A DNA stretch of 64,000 nucleotides, from IMG/VR virus record IMGVR_UViG_3300028888_000009. The stretch is one strand, 5' to 3'. Below the pieces are notes generated by a model that was given only the letters and a program-made list of their open reading frames with translations, did no database searches and was not told the origin of the DNA. Below are positions 10,101 through 19,100 of this stretch, piece by piece. This stretch comes from an uncultured virus (IMG/VR IMGVR_UViG_3300028888_000009) (lineage: Duplodnaviria; Heunggongvirae; Uroviricota; Caudoviricetes). A program made the translations under genes and the position numbers. How positions within the stretch are numbered: position 1 is the stretch's first letter; every line of letters begins with the position of its first letter.

Positions 10101-13100
10101 TCTGCAATCTCATTGGCAGGCTCTCCATCGCGGAACATAACTCCACCACCGTTATCATCGGGGTCAAAGTCATCATCATTATCCTCTCTCGCCATACTCT
10201 CTGCCGCCACGGTCTGCGGTGCATAATTGCCAACACCCAACTGACTCTGCATCATCACATCTCTGGCGAGTTCGGTACGGCTCTCGGCATTGGCCACAAG
10301 GTTGCGGTACGATTTCCAAAGCAGATACCTCAACTCGTTATCGGTAAACCTGTCACCCCAGAAAGTAGCATTATCAACTGCTTCTCCGAAGTTACCGAAG
10401 TCAATGCCTACCTTATGCAGCATCTGCATAAACCAACCCTTAATCTTCTTGAACCAATCTTTCTCCGTGGCATCCTCAAAGTTGGTGCTTTCGGCCAAGC
10501 CTGCAAGATACTCTTCGGTGGCCTTACGGATATTGCGGTTGTATTTGTTCATCGCCAAGTCAATGATGCGGTCTCTCACATCCTTGCTTGCGTGTTCAAA
10601 CACCTTGTCCAAGAACTCGTTCATGTTATCGTTGCCGACCAACTGGCGCAATCCGTAGTGAGCCACGCCTTCGTGGAGGATGGTCTTCATCACATCATGC
10701 GGGTCTCTGTGGTTGGGCATCACGATGACAATCTTGCCAGTTGCCGGGTCAAACCATCCCTTTGCGGTCTTCTTCTTGCCTTCCAACCCATCGGTGCTAT
10801 CAAGGATGGTAACGCGGTCTTGCAGGCCAAGTTTCTTGATGGTATCATCGGCTTTGGTGTGCATATTGCGCCATGCTCTCTCCCTTGACTTTTGGAGATA
10901 ACGCTTCTCCTTCGCAGTCTTAGGTTCAGGCAAGTTCCAAGGCTCAATATAGAGTTTGCCGTTCCTAATCTCTGCGAAATAGTCAAGGTGTTCATCACGC
11001 CAAGCATCCAGCAGCCTATCCAAATTCGGATAACTGTCGTTCAACCCCTCCACACGATAACGTCCGTCGGCATCCTTCTTAATAGGAAGTGTCTCGCCAA
11101 ACTCATATTCGCGCTCTTGGTTGCGGTACATCACCTCACCGTCGCCATGCTGCTCGTCCTCAAAAGCCTTCACATCGGTAGTCATATCGAAGTGTTCTGC
11201 CAAATAGTCCAATACGGCTTTCAAGTTGCCATCCACAATGTCGCCAACCATAAAGCCACCGCTTTGGTAGAAGTCGGCATTCTTCACAAGACTTCTCAAA
11301 CCCTCGTCCAAGAAATACTTTCCTCCCGTCTGCTTCGACTTCGGAACCCTGATCACATATCCAACCGAATACCAACGTTGACGGTTCTTTTCAATAGTAA
11401 CCTGACCATCACTGCTCTTAATCACAGTGTCTCCCTCCAAAGCCTCCAATATCTTCGGGTCGTTTATCTTCGTGCGCTTCTTCGCATTCTTCTTCTCCCA
11501 CTTGTCGGGCATCAAGATACCTTGCTTGATTTCTCCGTCATTCGTGGTGAACGAAATCAACTGACCCTCATTGGCGGTCGACATGGCTTGGATGATGTTG
11601 CCAGTGATGATATACACCTCCTTGCGCTGCTTGTCTGGTACAATGCTGTCCCAGTTGTCAAGCGTTATCCTTCCAAGCTCGCCCATGTTGAACTGCGAAT
11701 CACGCACCAATGCCTCAAAGTCCTCGGTCATCGAAAGCGGTATCTCTACCCTTCTGCGGCTGTCAAGCGTGGCAAACACTGCGGTAACGGATGAAGGATT
11801 CATGCTGTCACCCTTCACCTTGTAGCCCATCAACATACCTTGTGTATAGAAACGGGCATCGCCTTTCTTGCCAACAGGTACGCTTACCACACGCCCAACA
11901 GGAACATTTCTGAACACAAAATCCATATTCGTCCTGTTGCGGTTGATTTTTGCCATGCGCTTCTCAAACTTCTTCGCCACTTCATCCTCAGCTGTAGTTC
12001 TAACACTATGAATGAAAGCGGGCATGTCTGCTTCGGGATAGTTCTCGGGCTTCTTCTCAGCCAGCTTGCGCAACTTTGCTTCCGCTTTTTCTTGCGCTTC
12101 CTTCGTGGCTTCGTCCTGTTCGGCTTGCAGTTCGTCAAGTTTCTTTTGTGTTGCGGCATTGAGTTGTTCACGCAACTTGTCGCGGTATTCGTACTTATCA
12201 AGCCCGTCTGTCAACTGCTCCATCTGCTTCTTCACCTCCGAAGCCCTCATGGGCTTGCGCAACACATCAACCTCATAGCGTTCAAGGTTGGCATTGTCGG
12301 CAAACACATTGCCGCCGCCAGGATTCTTGCCCGACACAAGCACCTCGCTCGATTTCAACTCGGCATTGAGCGGCATGGTTGTAATCTCAAGGTCGTTCTG
12401 CCCAATACCATTCAAGTAATCAATATAAGCGGTGTATCGCTCCGACACCTCTTGATAAAACCTCTCCTGCTCTTCTGTGGTGAGCAACGCCACACGGCTT
12501 GCCAATTTGCTTGCATCACCCTCAACACCTTCGTATTTCTCAATCTCATCCTCGCCCTTGTCGTTCCACTTGAATGGGTCGAGCAACTTGTCAACCATAT
12601 CCATGTTGTCCTTCAGCCACTCCACAACAACCTTGTCGCCGTACTTGTTGAGGAAGTCCACAATGTCAATCTCGTTCTGCTTGCTCTTTTGAGACGACGT
12701 GGTGTTGGCATCAAGCGAAGCCAACTTGTGTTTAAGCATCATTGTCAAACGGCCTTCTGCCGGAACGGGAGAAACAATATAGATGTACTTGGGCAAGTTC
12801 ACCTGACCAGTCCTGTTGATACGGCCACGCATCTGCACCTCGCCGTTCACATCCAACTGGCTCTGTGCGATAATCATGGTACGCGGCTTCTGGTCTTTGA
12901 ACTTCTTGTTGGAGTGCAGCGACACGCCCGTTGACGACGACTTGTTGATAATGATAGCGTCAATGTCGCCGTTGTTGAACTCGCGCATGATTTTCTTCTT
13001 GTCACGGTCCCTGCGGTTTTGCACCTTCACCGTGCCATCTTCATTGTAAACCATTTCGGTATGTCTGCCCGTAAGTTCTCCTACGCGCAATCCCGCTTCG

Positions 13101-16100
13101 GTCATCTTTCTCTTGATGGCATCAATGGGACTGATGGAAAGCCCCACAGAAGTCTTGTTGATTTTCTCAACAAGTTCGTGGTAGCGTTCCTGTCCCTCTT
13201 TCGGCAAATCGCTCAAACGGATAACCTCGTCACTTTCGTTGCCGTTGGAATCCTTTCGTGTCATTCTGAACACGCCATCCAAACCTTTCTTGAACACTAA
13301 CGAGAAATCAGGTTCTTCCGCTCCATCGCTGTCAAGACCTGCAAATGCCTCGTTCATAAAGCCCTCCATAGTGTTATCCAAGGCGATAAGCGGCTTGCGC
13401 CCTGCCTTAAATTCTTCGATGGCCATGTCAGCGGCTTCCTCAACCTTCGACATGAGGATGATTTGACGCACAAGGTTAAAGGTCTTTGAGGCAAACGGAG
13501 TGTTGGTCACACCCATGTTTGCCGTGCCTTTCTTGTGTCCCAACTCCTCTTGCATCTCGGCTATCTCCTCATTGATGCCGTTGACAATCGGGTCGATGAA
13601 CTCCCTTTGGAATTGTATGATGTCGTTGAACAGTTCAATGGTGGTGTTGTATTTCTCCTTGGCGGTCTTGGTATCGCCCTTCATCGGCAACCAATCCACC
13701 GTAACACCCTCAAAGCTCTTGGCTCTGCGCACCATTTCACCATTCTCCACCAAACCCTTCGACATGATTTCCTGCAAGGTCACGCCGCCCTGCTCAATTG
13801 CTTGGATAAGTTCCTCTGGACTGACATTCGCCTCGCTGATGCTGGTCTTCAAGGCAAAGATAGGCATGTTCTCCGGCCGCTTGGCGAAGGTGGCCGAAAG
13901 GAAGGTGACAGCCTTAGTTTGCGGCACAACAAAACGCCAAAACATTGCACCGCCGCCATTGGTGCCAGCGGCATTGTGGGCCTCGTCCATGACGATATAA
14001 TTGTCTTTTGCAAGTTTTTCAATCATATCACGCTTGGCCTGAGCCGCTTGCTTGTTTTTCAGTGTTTGAGCCGACGGCTGCTTCTTCCCGTAACTACGGG
14101 CTTTCTTGTTGCCATCCTCATAGTCCATAGTGCCGTCTTGCAATTGCGAATAGGTGACAACGGCAAAGTCGTAACCATCGGGCAATGTACGGTAATTATC
14201 GACATAATCCTCAACACGTTTCAGTTCCTCTGGGGTCGAGCCTTTGTAAACCACATTACCATCGTTGTCGGTGATATTGGATTTGGCCTCTCTTGCATTG
14301 ACGATGAACGGCACAAGATCACCACTTCCAATATCCACCAAGTCGCGGTAGATGTCGCTGAACAAGTCAGGCTTCTCGGTTACAAAGACAGGCTTCTTGC
14401 CTTGGCGCACAGCCCAACGAATCATCGCTGCGGCTTGTCGGCCTTTGCCGATACCCGTCTCGTCGCCGATAATCAAAGCCTTGCCCTCTTTCGCCTTCTT
14501 GATGGCAAGAGCAACACCGTCAACCTGCTCGGCTGAAAGTGCGTTATACATTTCTTCTTTTGAGGAATAACCTAATTCGTCTTGCACGAATTGGTCAATG
14601 TCGCCGAAGTCAGACAATACCTTACCCAAGGCTTGCGCTTGAGCGGCAGGCACCACCGTGCCCACATCGTTTGACTTGCTCTGCTTCGGATAGGCAACCT
14701 TTTCGTCACCAATGTTTACCTGAACTTTCTTCTGGGTCTCTAACTGTGAAGCTCCCCGACCCAATCCAGTTCGCCCTGTGTCAGCATCCCGTTCAGTGCG
14801 CTGCTGAGTGTCAGTTGAGTTTCCTCCTTCTCGCTCACCTGCTCCAGTTTCGTTCCGCTGTTGCGTTGCAGAAACTCTTGGACTTGCTGGCTTTCCATCA
14901 GGCTCTCCGCTGTCTGTCTTATCATTGACTTCAGTTTCGCTTCCTTCGCTTCGTCCAGTGCTTGTTGCCACTCCTCCCATGTTGGGCTGTACGCTTGGAT
15001 TTGATAGAACTCCATCTCCTCTGACGGATTCTCCATTTCGTCCAGGCTGTTGCGTATTGCCGTTTGTAGCATCTCCTGTACGCTCTGATGGTTTATCCTG
15101 TTGCTTGTCAGCCTCAGTGCGCTGTCGCTGTCCTTGATTTTGTATATCATCGCTTACTCTGTTGTATAGTTCCTCAAATGTGTTCACCACCTCGGCTCTC
15201 GCGTTCTGCTTCACGGGTGCAAGCACCTTGCCTCCCTTTGCGTTGGCGGCTTCCTTGATACGCTGTTCGTCCGACTTCCTTCCGTCAATCAGTATCAGCC
15301 TAACAGGGTATTTCGTTCCCTGCTTGGTGTACAAGTCACCGTTTACATTGATAACATCGACGACATTATATCGGCTGTAAAGGTAGTTAAAAAATCCTTT
15401 CTGCGACGCAAGTGCGCCAAAATTTGTGTATTTTGTGTGTCCTCCGATGATGATTGCAGCCTTTCCGTCGTCTTTCATGGCGTTCAAGGCATTGATAACC
15501 ATCTGCTCTTCCAATCCCGAAATAGGCACTCCATCCACATTGATTTCAGGGCTGCTGCCAAACGGCGGGTTGGTTACGATACCGTCATACTTGCCATCAA
15601 ACGGCTGACGACCGTCCTTCATAGTGATGTTACGGAAACCTTGGCCTACAAGCATCCTCGCCCTAACCGGGTCAATTTCGTTCACCTCCACCTGTGCCGA
15701 TGGCAACCCGAACACCATCATTCCGTTGCCTGCGCTCGGTTCAAGTACAATACCATTGCCCAATCCGTTTTTAACGAACATATCGGCAAGGTAGGCTATC
15801 GGAATAGGAGTGCTATACTGCTGCTTCTCAATCCTCTCGCTGCTGCGCATCGAAATGGTAGGTTGGGCATTGTATAGTTTGACGATGCTGTCAAAGGTCT
15901 CTTTCTCATTCTTCCCCTCTGCAACAAGACGCTTTGCCATGTTTATGATGGCTCGCTCTGTCATTTCTTGGAGTTCAGTGTCCTTCACATCGCCCATTTC
16001 AAGGCTTGAAGCCAAGGCTCTCAACACATTGATGTTGATTTGGTTTCCGTCGGCCATGCGCTGCTCAACGGTTGCAATGAAATCATCCTGCTTGCTTGTC

Positions 16101-19100
16101 GATTGGCTTTGTTTGTCGAAGTTGTCAACATCGAAATCATCAACTTCCTCCTCGCTCGACCACTCCTTGCGGTTTACATTGAGTTTCTTGATGTCCTCGT
16201 CATACTTCGCCGCTTGATAGACTTGTTTCAGATAAGGTCTAACCCAATCGCCCAAGTCCTCAATCATGTTTTTGCAGAAGTCGGCAAACTTGCGGATTCC
16301 TTTCTCTATGTGGTAGCCTGCCACATAGAGCATATCACCCAAATCCTGCGGGTCGATGGCGATATTGAGTTGGCTGCGGTGACGGCGTTTCAAGGCCTCA
16401 ATGCGCCTATCTTTCTCATCCTCTGTAAAGATGGTGTTTCCGCCGTCGGCTGGTGCAACCTCTGCGGCTTCTTCAATCTCGGTCTGTGTTACGCCCTCTG
16501 CCCTTTTCAGCGAAGCCTCCAGCTTGGCAATCTGCTCGTCAATCTGCTTGATTTGACGGTTGTATCCGTCGATGGTGGCTTGCGCCAACTCGGGAGATAG
16601 GAAGCTCTGCCCTCCAAACAAGTCGTTCTCATCTGCCTGCGTGTCGCCAAACAATCCGTTGGCTTGTTCGTAACGCTGCTGAATCTCATCACGCTGACTG
16701 ACGATACTGGCACGTTGTGCTTTCAGCCTGTCAATCTCGGCTCTTACTTCGTCTGCGCCTTCTCCTTGTGGAGCAGCATTTGTTGTATCGCCAGATTCGC
16801 TGCGTGTACTTTGTCCGGTTGGCTCAGTTGCTCCTGTGTCAGTAACTTGTGTTCCTTGCAGTACGCCAGTGCCTCCTTCGCTCTCTCCACGAACTCCCTG
16901 CTGCTCATCTGATTGATTCGCTGCTGTATCTCCTTCACTTTCGCTTGTCCTTGCTCTTTGTTCATCTTCTTCTTGTGTTTGCTCTGCAAATATACGATTT
17001 ATTTCTTCATAATCGTCATCCGTGAGGTTGTTTTCTTCCAAAGATTTTTGGTAGTTCTCGTAGTCCTCCCAGTCCTCAAACCCCATATCTCTCGCTTCCT
17101 TGTCTTGCAATGAGCGGATATAGCGTTGTTCTTCCTCTGCTTCTGCCTGTCTGTTCTCTTCAATGGCTTGGAGTGCGCCAGTCTTTGATGTCACCATCTG
17201 CAGCACATCTTCAATGGCTGCAACTATGTCTTGGAAGTCCATGCCTTCGGCTTGTTGCGACACGGCACCGCTATACGGCTGCAACTGGCCTGCAAGAATA
17301 GCCTCGGCATAGGTCTCAATGGAGAAACCGTCTTTCTTGACGATGCCTATTCTCTTTCTAAACTCCTTGTTGTCGTATTTCCAAAGGTCACCTATACCAC
17401 GTTTCAGCACTTTCTTGTCCTCGTTGCGGTTACCCCAACGGAACTTAGCACCACCCAAGGCAATATCCATTAGGATGGCTTCTTCAAGATTTCTCGGCTC
17501 ACCAACGGCTGCAATCCTCTTTTGGAACTCGCTATCCTCTTTCTCGGTAGGCTTACTGGGTTGTTCCTCTATGGTCTCCTCTGCAATCGGCTCGGATTCT
17601 TCGGTAGCCTCTTGTTCGGGTGCTTGTTCGGGTTGCGCTTCCTCAACGGGAGTTTCAGCCACAGGTTGCTCAATTGGTGCTTCCTCAACAGGAGCGGCTT
17701 CTTCGGTAGGCGTTTCAACTTGTTCTTGCGGAGTCAGCGCATCCTTTACCTTATAATAGAAGTCCAGCTTGCCTTGTGACTCTTTCTGCGCCCTGCGTCT
17801 CTCGATGGCGTTCTTCTTCTCGCCAGCCTTGGCCAAAGCCTCCATTTCCTCGTTGATAAGGTCATTGATGGTGTCAATAGCCTCGTCGCCGAACTCCTCC
17901 AACAAACCCTGCGCATACAAGGCAGGGTCGGTAATCTGCTCATAGTCAATATTCCCATCCTTATCCCTCGGCAACCGCGGCTCTTGCTGTGCCTCTTGCT
18001 GTGGTTGAGGCTCGGACTGCGAAGCGGCCTGCGGCACTTCTTGTTGAGGCTCTACTTGTTGGGGTACTTGTGGGGGTACTTGTTCGGGTGCGGTGGCCTC
18101 TTGCGGCTGCACTCTCACGGCTTCCCATTGGGCATCGCTCATGTCGTCAATGCCAGCCTCAATGTCCTCTCCGTCCATGTCACGCACCGTGACTACGCTT
18201 CTGCCATCGGCATCCTTGCCCATCACGGTAGCCATAGCCTGCTGACCTCTCCATTCAACCGGAAACTGCTGACCAACCTCCATCTGCGAAACAGGAGTGT
18301 TTGCCACCACTTGTTCCGCTTCCTCTTGGTCGGATTCTTCCTTGCCCTGCTGCATCTCCGTCAAGCGGTTGCGCACATTGGTGTAGAAGTCAATCTGCCG
18401 TGCTTTGTCTGCATCCACGGTGGCGGCTGCGTTATTCATGGCCGCATTGTCTGCCGCGTTGTCGGTCACCTCGGTCTGCTGCGGTGTTCCCAAAGCCGCA
18501 ATGGTTTGGTCTACACTGGCAATGGCATTCTCAAACGAGCCTTCTGAAATTGCAAGCAAATACGCTGCCGTGGCCTGCTCGTTGCTACCATCTGGGATAA
18601 TATCTCCATTGGCATCAAGTTGTACGTTCTTCTGCGCATAAGCCTTCACGACATCCCATTGTCCTTTCGCACCTGCATCAGCCGTGATCTCATCCAACCT
18701 CTTCAAGAAATCAATGTCATCTTGTGCCTTCTGCGCAGCCTCGGTGTCACCATTGGCTTGCGCATTCTCAAGGTTGAGCGACAGGCCATATTCAATCAAC
18801 TGACGCTCGGTGAGATATACGATAGGATTGTCCTTGCTCGTTCTCTTGTCGTTGTTGGCGAAGGCATACAAGCCGTTGTCGTCTTGTTCTAAATAGGTGT
18901 ATCGTCCGTTTTGGAACTGTGTGACATTAGGAACAAGGTTGACGCCCCATACGCTATCAATAGTGGGCAACATGCCGTCTTGGTCGAACTCGGCTCGCAT
19001 CAGCTGGTCAATGGTCTGATTCTGCGACTCCAACTGCTCCTCAATGGTAGCCACATTGTTCAATGCGGTAACATTTCTGCCTGCCACTTGCTCCACACTA